A stretch of 64,000 nt of DNA from Armatimonadota bacterium (GCA_041690135.1 JAWLHY010000015.1:96001-160000), one strand, 5' to 3'; shown: positions 20,084 through 29,444, numbered from the stretch's first letter. Notes: generated by a model not told the origin, from the letters alone. A program made the numbers and translations.

Positions 20084-21193
20084 GTGGGAGCACTCATCGG
20101 ACAGAACAAGGCCGAAACCATGCTGGCCCGGGCGGTAGCCCACAACCGGGTGGGACACGCCTACCTGTTTCTGGGGCCCGCCGGATCCGGAAAGTCTACC
20201 GCCGCGCGCCTCTTCGCCCAGGCGATGAACTGCGAGCAGCAGCCGGCCGCAAAAGCTCTCGGAGAAGAGGGGGCCGCGGGATGGAAGCTCGCCCCCTGTG
20301 GCCGCTGCCAGAGTTGCACGCGGATCGCGGCGGATACGCACCCGGAGGTGCTGGAGGTCCACCCCGGTAGCAAGACCGGCCAGAACATCACCGTCGAGCA
20401 GGCCCGGGAAATCCGGAAGAACGCGGCGCTGCGACCCAAGCTGGGGAACCGGCGCGTCTACCTGATCCCGCGTGCCGAAGCGTTCAACGACGAATCGGCC
20501 AACGCCCTGTTGAAGACACTCGAAGAGCCCTCCTCGTCGGTGACGTTGATCCTTTGCGCGCCTAACCCGAGCCAGGTCCTGCCGACCATCCGCTCCCGCT
20601 GTCAGCTCGTCCGGTTCGGCGTCGCGCCCGCGGAGGAGATCGAGGTGGCCCTGACCACCGGCGGCACTACCCCCGAGATCGCGCGGGCCCTGGCGCGCGC
20701 CTGCGGAGGGAGGCCGGGGCTCGCCTTCACCTGGGCGCGCGATCCCGCCGTGCTGAAGCAGCGCCGACAGGTTCTCGACCTCTTCGCGAAAGCCATGGCC
20801 CTGCAGCGGGACGCCCGGCGCGACCCCGCAGTGGGAGCCGTCTCCCTCCGCCTGGCGGAGCAGCTCCGCGGGCTGGTCGGCAGCGGTAAGGACGAGGACG
20901 CCGGCGATGCTCGTCCCGCCAAGGTGCAGCACAGCGACAACCTGACCATCGGCCTCACCTACCTGCGCGACCTGCTGCTCCTGGCGCAGGGGTCCGCGCC
21001 GGAGCTCGTGCAGAACCAGGACCGCCTCCCCGAACTGCAGGACCACATCCGTTTTGCCGGCGCGGCGCGCCTGCTGCAGGACGTGGATACCGTCCGCGAG
21101 GCCCAGCAACTGCTCGACCGCAACGTCCAGCCCCAACTCGTGTTGGAGCGGATGTTCTGGGCCCTCATCTCCGGTCCGGTGAGTACTCGTTGA
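20084..21193 (+). CDS. holB: DNA polymerase III subunit delta'
   Basis: HAYLFLGPAGSGK, CGRCQSC, ANALLKTLEEP, LPTIRSRC. Confidence 0.92.
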   Translation: MGALIGQNKAETMLARAVAHNRVGHAYLFLGPAGSGKSTAARLFAQAMNCEQQPAAKALGEEGAAGWKLAPCGRCQSCTRIAADTHPEVLEVHPGSKTGQNITVEQAREIRKNAALRPKLGNRRVYLIPRAEAFNDESANALLKTLEEPSSSVTLILCAPNPSQVLPTIRSRCQLVRFGVAPAEEIEVALTTGGTTPEIARALARACGGRPGLAFTWARDPAVLKQRRQVLDLFAKAMALQRDARRDPAVGAVSLRLAEQLRGLVGSGKDEDAGDARPAKVQHSDNLTIGLTYLRDLLLLAQGSAPELVQNQDRLPELQDHIRFAGAARLLQDVDTVREAQQLLDRNVQPQLVLERMFWALISGPVSTR

Positions 21194-21217
21194 AGGGTAC
21201 CGACCCTGCTGTATAAT
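21190..21217 (+). promoter_or_regulatory. Possible sigma70 promoter
   Basis: TTGAAG-16 bp-TATAAT. Confidence 0.5.
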
Positions 21218-21267
21218 TGGGACAACCGAACGGTGCCGTCATCCGACGCACGCCAGGCGTCTCCACC

Positions 21268-22098
21268 ATGATCAGCAAATCGAACACGAACCCTACCACC
21301 ACCGCGGCGCCGCTGGACACGCTGACCGAAGGCAAGCCGTGCCCGCAATGCCGGACCGTGATCCCACACGATGGCTGCTGGTGTCCCAGTTGCGGCCTGC
21401 AGGCCTCCGATCCTTGTTGGGAGTGCGGAAAGCCGCTCTTCACGGGAGCCCGGTTCTGTGCTTACTGCGGCACGGCCACCACGGAGCCGGCCCTGGCGTC
21501 CTGCCCCAACTGCAAGGCGGTCGTGGCGCGCGGCCACGTCTTCTGCTCCAACTGCGGCGACCAGGTCCGTATCGCCTGCGCCGACTGCGAGCGACCCCTG
21601 CGCCGGGAGTGGGTGCAGTGCCCGTATTGCGGCGGCGAGCGCACCTCCATGCTGGGGCAAGGGGAAGACCAGACTGAGAGCGCCGTCTCCATCGAAGTGG
21701 AGGACCGCCCCCTCGAAGTTCGGCGGCCGGGACAGCGGAACGGAGAAGAACTGAATGCGGCTGGTGCGCGGGCTTACGAGGCCGGCAATTACCAGGAAGC
21801 CATTCGGCTTTTCCGCCAGGCGACCGAAGCCGAACCGGAGAATGCCCGTTATTTTACTAACCTCGGCGTAGCCTATGGAGAAGAGGGTGACTACAAACGG
21901 GCCCTCGCCGCCTACCGCCGGGCGACCGAACTCGACCCGCGAGAGCTTCCCGCTTACCTTAATATGGGTTACCTGTATAATGAGCAAGAGCGGACCCCGG
22001 AAGCGCGCGAGATGTGGGAGCAGGTGATCGCGCTGGCTCCCGACAGCGACGAGGCCGCCGAGGCGCGTACGAACCTGGAGAATCTGGAGGAAGTTTGA
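21268..22098 (+). CDS. Double zinc ribbon plus TPR protein
   Basis: Eight CxxC pairs followed by three TPR-like repeats. Confidence 0.85.
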   Translation: MISKSNTNPTTTAAPLDTLTEGKPCPQCRTVIPHDGCWCPSCGLQASDPCWECGKPLFTGARFCAYCGTATTEPALASCPNCKAVVARGHVFCSNCGDQVRIACADCERPLRREWVQCPYCGGERTSMLGQGEDQTESAVSIEVEDRPLEVRRPGQRNGEELNAAGARAYEAGNYQEAIRLFRQATEAEPENARYFTNLGVAYGEEGDYKRALAAYRRATELDPRELPAYLNMGYLYNEQERTPEAREMWEQVIALAPDSDEAAEARTNLENLEEV

Positions 22099-22102
22099 GG
22101 CC

Positions 22103-22483
22103 ATGCCTGACCCCACTGAAATCGGCGAGAAAGCGTTCTCGGCAGCCCAGGACCTGATCCGCAAAGGTCAGGAGGTTGCCAAGCGCGAGACACGCGTCAT
22201 CCGCCTGCAGACCCAGATCTCCAAGCTCCGCAGCGAGCGCCAGCAACTCTTCTATCAGATGGGCCAGAAGGTCTACAGCCTCTTCGAGCGCGATCTGGTG
22301 AAGAACCAGGACCTCCGGATGATGTGCCAGCAGATCAAGGGGCTGGAATCGGAGATTGAGGTGCGCCGGGAAGAGATCGAGCAACTCCGCCGCCCCGAAA
22401 CCCGCGGCGAGCAGGGCGTCGACGACGACCCCACCCCCACCACTGACCTCGTCGAATACGACGACGAAATCATCCGCGACTGA
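22103..22483 (+). CDS. Hypothetical coiled-coil protein
   Basis: 126-aa helical ORF with GAGG SD; LFYQMGQKVY. Confidence 0.75.
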   Translation: MPDPTEIGEKAFSAAQDLIRKGQEVAKRETRVIRLQTQISKLRSERQQLFYQMGQKVYSLFERDLVKNQDLRMMCQQIKGLESEIEVRREEIEQLRRPETRGEQGVDDDPTPTTDLVEYDDEIIRD

Positions 22484-22497
22484 TCGGGCCTCATCTC

Positions 22498-22729
22498 TCG
22501 ACACAGAGGGACACAGAAGAGACAGACGAACACAGAAAAGACGGAATTGGATTTGCGGCGCCTGCTGCGGGCACGGCTAGTATCGAGCGAATTGCATCCC
22601 CGCGAAGTCGGGCCGCCACCCAAGAGCCAATGGTTGATTTCTCCTGGCCAGGCATCCAATGGACCCTCCCGAGTTCCACTTGTCTTCTGTGTTTTCCCTT
22701 CTGTTCCCTTCTGTGTCCCTCTGTGTCGA
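22498..22729. repeat. REPIN/MITE-like element, GACACAGAG family, copy 1
   Basis: Perfect 22-bp terminal inverted repeats tcgacacagagggacacagaag / cttctgtgtccctctgtgtcga. Confidence 0.85.
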
Positions 22730-22751
22730 AAGCTCCCCGCGCGCACCGTGT

Positions 22752-24128
22752 CTAAACCGAAACGCCTTCGAGGACTTCCACCGCCAGGGCGAGTTGCTTG
22801 CGAACCTCGTCGGGAGCGGTGCCGCCCGGGGAGCGGCGGGCGCGGACGCTGGCGTCCACGGAGGTGATGTCCTGCGGGGCATGCGCGAACTCCGCGTGGA
22901 ACGGCTCCAACTCGGCGGCGGAGAGGGACTCCAGCACCCGGTCGTGCATCTCGCACCAGCGGACCACCTGTCCCACCACTTCGTGTGCTTCCCGGAAGGG
23001 AACGCCGCGCTGCGCCAGGAAATCGGCCAGGTCAGTCGCCGTGGAGAAGTCTCCCTGCGTGTCGCCGCGCATGCGGTCGGTGCGGAACCGGCAGTTCCGG
23101 AAGAGCAGGGTCATGGCCCCGAGGCAGCCGCCCACGGTGTCGATGCTGTCGAAGATCCGCTCCTTGTCTTCCTGCATGTCGCTGTTGTAGGCGAGCGGCA
23201 GACCCTTCATCGTCACGAGGAGGCTCTGCAGGTTTCCCAGCACCCGGCCGCTCTTCCCACGGACCAGCTCGGCCACGTCCGGGTTCTTCTTCTGCGGCAT
23301 GATCGAACTGCCCGTGGCGATGCTGTCATCCAGCTCGATGAAGCCGAACTCGCGCGTGTTCCAGAGGACAACCTCCTCGGCCAGCCGGGAGAGATGGACA
23401 GCCACCAGCGCCAGCGCGGCGTTCAGCTCCACCACGAAGTCGCGGTCGGAGACGTTGTCCAGGCTGTTCTGCCCCACGCCGTCGAAGCCCAGCTCGTTGG
23501 CCACAAAAGCCCGGTCGAGCGGGTAGGGGGATCCCGCCAGCGCTCCGGCGCCCAGCGGCAGGATGTTAGCGCGCTTTCGCCAGTCCGCCAGCCGGCCCCG
23601 GTCCCGCTGGAACATCCAGAAGTACGCCAGCAGATGGTGCGCCAGCACGACCGGCTGCGCGTGCTGCATGTGGGTGTAGCCGGGCAGCACCGTCTCCGCG
23701 TGCTGGGAGGCGTGCTCCACCAGCACCCGCTGGAGGTCGGCCAGTTGTTGGTCCAGGGAGTCTGCCGCTTCCCGCAGGTAAAGGCGGGTGTCGGTGGCCA
23801 CCTGATCGTTGCGGCTCCGGGCGGTGTGTAGCTTGCCGGCCACGGGGCCGATCTTCTCGCGGAGGTGTCCCTCCACCCAGCCGTGGATATCCTCGGCGCC
23901 TTCCAGGCGACCGGCGGTTTGGATCTCCGCCAGCACCTGCCGGAGGCCCGCCTCGATCTGCGCGCCCTCCTCCGGGGAAATGATTCCGGTGTGCGCCAGC
24001 ATGCGGCAGTGCGCGATGCTGCCGCGGATATCCTGTTCCGCCATCCGCTGATCGAACGGCAGCGAGTGCGTAAAGGCGGCGATGGCCGCGTTCGGCTCCT
24101 TCTCGAACCGTCCGCCCCAGAGCTTCAT
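22752..24128 (-). CDS. argH: Argininosuccinate lyase
   Basis: LWGGRF, HTARSRNDQ, GYTHMQHAQP, GSSIMPQKKNPD. Confidence 0.97.
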   Translation of the reverse strand: MKLWGGRFEKEPNAAIAAFTHSLPFDQRMAEQDIRGSIAHCRMLAHTGIISPEEGAQIEAGLRQVLAEIQTAGRLEGAEDIHGWVEGHLREKIGPVAGKLHTARSRNDQVATDTRLYLREAADSLDQQLADLQRVLVEHASQHAETVLPGYTHMQHAQPVVLAHHLLAYFWMFQRDRGRLADWRKRANILPLGAGALAGSPYPLDRAFVANELGFDGVGQNSLDNVSDRDFVVELNAALALVAVHLSRLAEEVVLWNTREFGFIELDDSIATGSSIMPQKKNPDVAELVRGKSGRVLGNLQSLLVTMKGLPLAYNSDMQEDKERIFDSIDTVGGCLGAMTLLFRNCRFRTDRMRGDTQGDFSTATDLADFLAQRGVPFREAHEVVGQVVRWCEMHDRVLESLSAAELEPFHAEFAHAPQDITSVDASVRARRSPGGTAPDEVRKQLALAVEVLEGVSV

Positions 24129-24748
24129 TCGAGTCCCTCTCCCATCAAATGCGCGACGGCCCGAGCGAGCGGGTCGTCCTCTGCTTCGAGCGCCTTCACC
24201 ACCCCCGTGCGGTCCTCCGCGGAGCGGTTCTGGCCCAGTTTGAACTTGCCCTCGAGCCGCGTGATCTCGATCTCGAAGGCGACGATTCCGTTCAACAAAC
24301 GGCGCACGAAGTCGGCCGGCAGGCGCCCCGTAAACCAGGGCCGTTGGAAGCCGCCTTCATACGTTGCCGTCAAGCGCTCCAAAACCTGCAGCGCCCGCTC
24401 GGGCTCCGTCAGCACCTTCGGCTGGCCGTAAGCGTGCACCGCCACGTAGTTCCAGGTCGGCACGCTCAGCTCCGTCCGGTACCACGTCGGCGAGATGTAC
24501 GCGTGCGGCCCCTGAAACACGACCAGCGCCTCCCCTTCGTCGCCGAATGCCCGCCACTGCGGGTTTGCCCGCGCCATGTGGCACAGCAACGTTCCATACG
24601 GGCCTCGCTCCGGGTCCAGCAGGAAGGGGAGGTGGCTCGCCTGCAGTCCCTCGCTACCCTGGGTCACCAGGGTAGCGAAGCTGTACTGCCGCATCACCGT
24701 GTGCAGGCGGTGCAAGTCGTCTTCCGCGAAGGCCGGCGGAATGTACAT
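24125..24748 (-). CDS. PaiB family (FMN-binding negative transcriptional regulator / heme-binding split barrel)
   Basis: MYIPPAF, HMARANPQW, GPHAYISPTWY, VPTWNY, KFKLGQN. Confidence 0.9.
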   Translation of the reverse strand: MYIPPAFAEDDLHRLHTVMRQYSFATLVTQGSEGLQASHLPFLLDPERGPYGTLLCHMARANPQWRAFGDEGEALVVFQGPHAYISPTWYRTELSVPTWNYVAVHAYGQPKVLTEPERALQVLERLTATYEGGFQRPWFTGRLPADFVRRLLNGIVAFEIEITRLEGKFKLGQNRSAEDRTGVVKALEAEDDPLARAVAHLMGEGLE

Positions 24749-25954
24749 CTACTCGGTCTTCTGGCCCCGGAGCCGGTTAACTTTCATCGGCAGGCCGAAC
24801 AGGTCGATGAAGCCGCGAGCGGCCGTCACGTCGTAATCGCCCATCGCAAAGCTGGCAAGTTCCGGATCGTACAGGCTCGTGTCGCTGGTCACGCCCGCGG
24901 TGGCGGCGCGCCCCTTGAACAGCTTCACCTTCACCGTTCCGCTCACCACGCGCTGCGTCTGGTCGACGAATGCCTGCAGCGCTTCCCGCAGCGGGTGGAA
25001 CCACTGCCCGTAATAGGTGAGGTCCGCATACTTCAGCGCCACCTGCTGCTTGAAGTGGTAGGTGTCCCGCTCCAGGCAGAGCTGCTCCAGCGCCTTGTGA
25101 GCTTCATACAGGATCGTTCCACCCGGCGTCTCGTAGGCGCCGCGGGATTTCATCCCCACCAGCCGGTTCTCGACCAACTGCGTCTGCCCGACCGCGTGGC
25201 GGCCGCCCAGCTCGTTCAGTAGCGCGATCAGCTCGTGGCCCGCCAGCGCCTGGCCGTTCACCGCCACGGGGTTGCCCTGCTCGAAGCGGATTTCCACATA
25301 TTCCGGTTCGTCCGGCGCCTGGGAAACCGGCACGCTCATCACCCACAGCGGGTCTTGCGGCTCGTTGGCGGGGTCTTCCAGGTCCGCGCCCTCATGGCTG
25401 ATGTGCCACAGGTTGCGGTCACGGCTATAGATCTTTGCCTTGGTCTGGTCGATCGGCACGCCCTTTTCGATGGCGTAGTCGATCGCCGACTCGCGGTCGG
25501 TGAGCTCGAAGGTGGGGTCCTTCCAGGGCGCCACGATCTTCAGCGACGGGTCGAGCGCCATGTAGGTCAGCTCGAACCGCACCTGGTCGTTGCCCTTGCC
25601 CGTCGCGCCGTGCCCCACGGCATCCGCGCCCGTCGCATGGGCCACTTCCACCTGATGCTTCGCGATGATCGGCCGGGCGATACTGGTGCCGAGCAGGTAG
25701 TCCTCTTCATAAATCGCGTGCGCGCGGAGCATCGGGAAGCAGTACTCCTCCGCGAACTCCTGGCGCAGGTCCCGAACCACCACCTCATCCGCGCCGCTCT
25801 TGTACGCCTTCTCCTCGATGTTCTTGAGCTCGTCGCCCTGCCCGAGCTCCGCCGCAAACGCCACCAACTTCACGCCCGGGTAGCGATCCTTCAACCAGGG
25901 GAGGATCACGCTCGTATCCAACCCCCCGCTATATGCCAGTACGATCTTTTTCAT
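24749..25954 (-). CDS. argG: Argininosuccinate synthase
   Basis: LAYSGGLDTS, HGATGKGNDQVRF, ENRLVGMKSRG; start at MKKIV. Confidence 0.97.
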   Translation of the reverse strand: MKKIVLAYSGGLDTSVILPWLKDRYPGVKLVAFAAELGQGDELKNIEEKAYKSGADEVVVRDLRQEFAEEYCFPMLRAHAIYEEDYLLGTSIARPIIAKHQVEVAHATGADAVGHGATGKGNDQVRFELTYMALDPSLKIVAPWKDPTFELTDRESAIDYAIEKGVPIDQTKAKIYSRDRNLWHISHEGADLEDPANEPQDPLWVMSVPVSQAPDEPEYVEIRFEQGNPVAVNGQALAGHELIALLNELGGRHAVGQTQLVENRLVGMKSRGAYETPGGTILYEAHKALEQLCLERDTYHFKQQVALKYADLTYYGQWFHPLREALQAFVDQTQRVVSGTVKVKLFKGRAATAGVTSDTSLYDPELASFAMGDYDVTAARGFIDLFGLPMKVNRLRGQKTE

Positions 25955-25970
25955 TGCTTTGCCTTTCCTT

Positions 25971-26048
25971 TCGACACAGAGGGACACAGAGAAGACAAGA
26001 AGGAACACAGAATGAATTGTTCTGTCTGTCCCAGGTGGCTCTGTGTCA
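25971..26048. repeat. GACACAGAG-family inverted-repeat element, copy 2
   Basis: tcgacacagagggacacaga ... ctctgtgtca; right arm contains the GxxExxY stop codon. Confidence 0.8.
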
Positions 26049-26447
26049 AAAACCCTTACCCTTGCGGTCATTCGTGAAGATGCGCCGCCGGATCTGTAGC
26101 TCCGGACCGAAGTTGAACAGGAGCCCGACTTCTATGCGTGTCGCTCGCAGGTAGTTCACCAATTGCACTTCGTGGATGATGGCCAGCGCCTCGATGGCCT
26201 TCAACTCGACAATCACCGCAGCTTCCACCAGCACATCTGCCTCATAGACCCCTACCAACTCGCCCAGATAGTAGACTTCGATCGGCACACTCGTTTCCGC
26301 CGAAAGCCCCATCCTTCGCAGTTCCACCACCAGCGCGTTCTGGTACACCTTTTCGAGGAAGCCCTGCCCCAGCACCCGGTAGACCCGCTTCGCTGCCCCA
26401 ATGATCTTGTGAGTCAGGTCAGCGTGTAGCCCCTCCCGTTCCAACAT
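26046..26447 (-). CDS. GxxExxY protein (PD-(D/E)XK nuclease-like)
   Basis: LGQGFLEKVYQNAL, ADVLVE, IVELKA, QLVNYL, GLLFNFG; GGAGG SD before MLERE. Confidence 0.93.
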   Translation of the reverse strand: MLEREGLHADLTHKIIGAAKRVYRVLGQGFLEKVYQNALVVELRRMGLSAETSVPIEVYYLGELVGVYEADVLVEAAVIVELKAIEALAIIHEVQLVNYLRATRIEVGLLFNFGPELQIRRRIFTNDRKGKGF

Positions 26448-26500
26448 AGGCACCTCCTCCCACTGCGCCACTCTGCATTGAACTCATGCGAGGTGATTCC

Positions 26501-26643
26501 TGACACAGCGGGACACAAAGTTCACGAGAAAGGCCGCGATGACATCTTGTCGAATTGCCCTGCACTCCTGACACGATACCAATGGAATCAGCCCTTCCAT
26601 TCTTCCGTGTCCCTTCTTGTCCCTTCTGTGTCCCTCTGTGTCA
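26501..26643. repeat. GACACAGAG-family inverted-repeat element, copy 3
   Basis: tgacacagcgggacaca ... tctgtgtccctctgtgtca. Confidence 0.8.
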
Positions 26644-26657
26644 AAAGTCGAACGCCG

Positions 26658-27710
26658 TCAGGACAAGAGGACCGCAAGCACAGCTTTTTGCGCGTGGAGG
26701 CGGTTCTCGGCCTGGTCGAAGACGCGGCTGTGGGGGCTGTCGATGACCTCGCCGGAGACCTCCTCTCCACGGTGGGCGGGGAGGCAATGGAGGAACAGGT
26801 AGTCCGGCTTTGCCGCCGCGACAAGCGCCTCATTCACCTGGTAGGGAGCGAAGATCTTCGCGCGCTCAGCGGCCTCGGCTTCCTGGCCCATGCTCGCCCA
26901 CACATCGGTATAGATCACGTCGGCGTCCCGGCAAGCCGCGCGCGGGTCGTGCGTCACCGTGGCGGAGCCGCCGGTCGCCTCCGCATCCTGGCGGGCCATC
27001 GCCACGATCTCCGGCTTCGGCTCGTAACCCGGCGGGCAGGCCACCACCACGTGCGCGCCCAGCTTGGCGCCCAACAGCATCAAGGAGTGGGCTACGTTGT
27101 TCCCATCGCCCACGTACACCACCTTCTGCCCCGCAATTCCGCCGCGGACCTCCCAGATCGTCTGGAAGTCCGACAGTGCCTGGCAGGGGTGTTCCAGGTC
27201 GCACAGCCCGTTGATCACCGGGATCGAAGCGTGCCGGGCGAGTTCCTGGATGGTGGCGTGGGCAAAGACCCGCGCCATGATCCCGTCCGTCATCCGGGAG
27301 AGGTTGCACGCCACGTCGCCGACGGATTCCCGCTTGCCGAGGGAGATATCGGAGGGATTGAGGTAGATCGCATGGCCGCCGAAGTCCACCATCCCCGCCT
27401 CGAAGCTGACGCGCGTCCGCAGGGACGGCTTCTCGAAGATCATTGCCAGCTTCCGCTGGGGCAGGAAACGCGCGTGCGCCGTCTTGTCGGCTTTGATCGT
27501 CGCCTTCAACACCCGCGCCAGGCTCACCAGCGCCCAGGCCTGCTCCACCCCCAGGTCGGGAATACAGCGCAAATGCTTCAGATCCCCACAAATCTCCCGA
27601 GCCGCCTCCAGCGCCTTCCGCGCCGCCGCCTCCGGAGACCCGTCCGCCCCGGCCTCAAACCCCGCCGCGGCCGTCTCCCGCAGACCATTCAGCACACTAC
27701 TATCTCCCAT
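26658..27710 (-). CDS. argF: Ornithine carbamoyltransferase
   Basis: FEKPSLRTRVSFE, HPCQ, GDGNNV, YTDVWASMG, HCLP, QAENR; start at MGDSS. Confidence 0.95.
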   Translation of the reverse strand: MGDSSVLNGLRETAAAGFEAGADGSPEAAARKALEAAREICGDLKHLRCIPDLGVEQAWALVSLARVLKATIKADKTAHARFLPQRKLAMIFEKPSLRTRVSFEAGMVDFGGHAIYLNPSDISLGKRESVGDVACNLSRMTDGIMARVFAHATIQELARHASIPVINGLCDLEHPCQALSDFQTIWEVRGGIAGQKVVYVGDGNNVAHSLMLLGAKLGAHVVVACPPGYEPKPEIVAMARQDAEATGGSATVTHDPRAACRDADVIYTDVWASMGQEAEAAERAKIFAPYQVNEALVAAAKPDYLFLHCLPAHRGEEVSGEVIDSPHSRVFDQAENRLHAQKAVLAVLLS

Positions 27711-27749
27711 CGCTTCACTCCCTACACTTACACATCCACTTCGAAGCTT

Positions 27750-27844
27750 TCGACACAGAGGGACACAGAAAAGACGAGAGGGAACACAGAAGAGAACAAA
27801 CAGATTTCTGTGTTTCTCTGTTCCTTCTGTGTCCCTCTGTGTCA
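27750..27844. repeat. GACACAGAG-family inverted-repeat element, copy 4
   Basis: tcgacacagagggacacagaa ... ttctgtgtccctctgtgtca. Confidence 0.85.
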
Positions 27845-27860
27845 AGAAATCAGTCCGCGC

Positions 27861-29444
27861 TCAGGACAACAGCACCGCCAGGACGGCCTTTTGCGCGTGG
27901 AGGCGGTTTTCCGCCTGGTGGAAGATGACGCTGTTCGGACCGTCGATCACCTCGGGCGTCACCTCTACTCCGCGGCGAGCGGGGAGACAGTGCATGAAAA
28001 GAAAGTCCGGCTTGGCCAGCGCAATCAGCTCTTCGTTGACCTGCAGCCCGCCCAACCGCTTCTGTACCTGTACGGGGTCCTCTTCCGCGGAGACGTCCGC
28101 CCAGGCATCCGTATAGATCACGTCCGCCCCTCCGCAGGCCGAACGCGCGTCGTGCGAGTGGGTAACCGATCCGCCCACCGCCTCTGCGTCCGCGCGCGCC
28201 GCCCGCAGCAACTCCGGTTCCGGCACCCAGTTCTCCGGCGTCACCAGCACCATGTGCGCGCCCAGCTTGGCGCCGAGGAGCATCAGCGACTGCGCCACAT
28301 GCCGCTTGTTGCCCACGAATACGACCTTCTGCCCTTCGACCGAACCCCGCCGCTCCCACAGGGTGAGGAACGCGGCCAGTGCCTCGCAGGGGTGTTCGCG
28401 GCTGGAGAGACCGTTGATCACGGGAACCCGGGAGAACTGCGCCAGTTCCGCGATACTCTGGTGGGAAAAGGCGCGTGCGAGCAGCCCATCCACCCAGAGC
28501 TCCAGGCTCCGCGCCAGGTCCGCCGTCAGTTCCGGACGTCCCGCCACGCTATCGAGCTGGTGCATCGAGATGGCATGCCCGCCAAGCTGGAACATACCGG
28601 TCTCGAACGTCACCCGGGTGCGCAGCGCAGGACGCTCGAACACCATCGCCAGCGTCTTGCCATCCAGCAATCCCCGGTGAGCCGTCTTGCTGATGTTCAA
28701 TGTTTCTTTCAACACCCGGGCCGCGGCCAGGAACGCCCAGGCTTGCTCCCGGGTCAGGTCTTCGATCCCCCGCAGGTCTGTCAGCCCGCGGCAGGCCGCG
28801 CGGGCCAGGTCTACGCCCAACACCGCATTCGCCTCCGCACTGCGAGCGGACCGTTCCTCGGGCGCACGTCGGGATAGGGCAAGCAGCGCTTTGACGTACG
28901 ACCACACGTCCTCGCCGGTCTCCGCTGCCTGGCGCTCCTCTTCCTGCCGGAAGGCGACCAGCTTCTGCATCTGCTCGCGGAGGGTCTCGTTGAGGACCTG
29001 AGTCTCCTCATCGCGGTTGTGTGTCGCCTGAACCTCGTTGCGGGTTCGCTCCAGGTCCGCGCCCTGGGCCGAGAGGCCCCGCGCCGCGAGGCTATCGTGC
29101 TGGCGGATCAATCCCAGCAGCAGGTGCTCGGTGCCGATGTAGTTGTCGCGGAGCCGCCGGGCCTCCTCGTAGGCGGAGTTGAGCACGGCCTTGGTCGCGG
29201 GTGTGACCACCATCGCTTCACCGGTTCCGGCATGCCCGTGCGGGAGGCGGACCTCCACCTCCCGCGCGATGCTCTCCAGATGCAGCCCCAGCCGCTCCAG
29301 GACCCGGGTCGCCGTCGCATCCGACTCCCGCGCCAGGGCCAGGAGCACGTGCTCCGGCTCCACGCGCGTTCCGCCCAGGCGCGCCGCTTCCTGCTCGGCA
29401 AACGCCAGGACCTGGTTCGCTCGCTCCGTCATCCGCTGCCACAT
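27861..29444 (-). CDS. Fusion of a Clp N-terminal (ClpC-type double repeat) domain and a degenerate ornithine carbamoyltransferase domain
   Basis: MTERANQVL..AEQEA.RLG...EPEHVLL and YEEARRL..NYIGTEHLLLGL, then OTC-like PALRTR, HPCE, HCLP, QAENRLHAQKA. Confidence 0.9.
   Translation of the reverse strand: MWQRMTERANQVLAFAEQEAARLGGTRVEPEHVLLALARESDATATRVLERLGLHLESIAREVEVRLPHGHAGTGEAMVVTPATKAVLNSAYEEARRLRDNYIGTEHLLLGLIRQHDSLAARGLSAQGADLERTRNEVQATHNRDEETQVLNETLREQMQKLVAFRQEEERQAAETGEDVWSYVKALLALSRRAPEERSARSAEANAVLGVDLARAACRGLTDLRGIEDLTREQAWAFLAAARVLKETLNISKTAHRGLLDGKTLAMVFERPALRTRVTFETGMFQLGGHAISMHQLDSVAGRPELTADLARSLELWVDGLLARAFSHQSIAELAQFSRVPVINGLSSREHPCEALAAFLTLWERRGSVEGQKVVFVGNKRHVAQSLMLLGAKLGAHMVLVTPENWVPEPELLRAARADAEAVGGSVTHSHDARSACGGADVIYTDAWADVSAEEDPVQVQKRLGGLQVNEELIALAKPDFLFMHCLPARRGVEVTPEVIDGPNSVIFHQAENRLHAQKAVLAVLLS

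Noticed and set aside
25955-26071. N-terminal extensions of argG and argF (27711-27845) in the ORF track
   Set aside because: They are translations of GACACAGAG repeats; downstream ATGs fit the families better.
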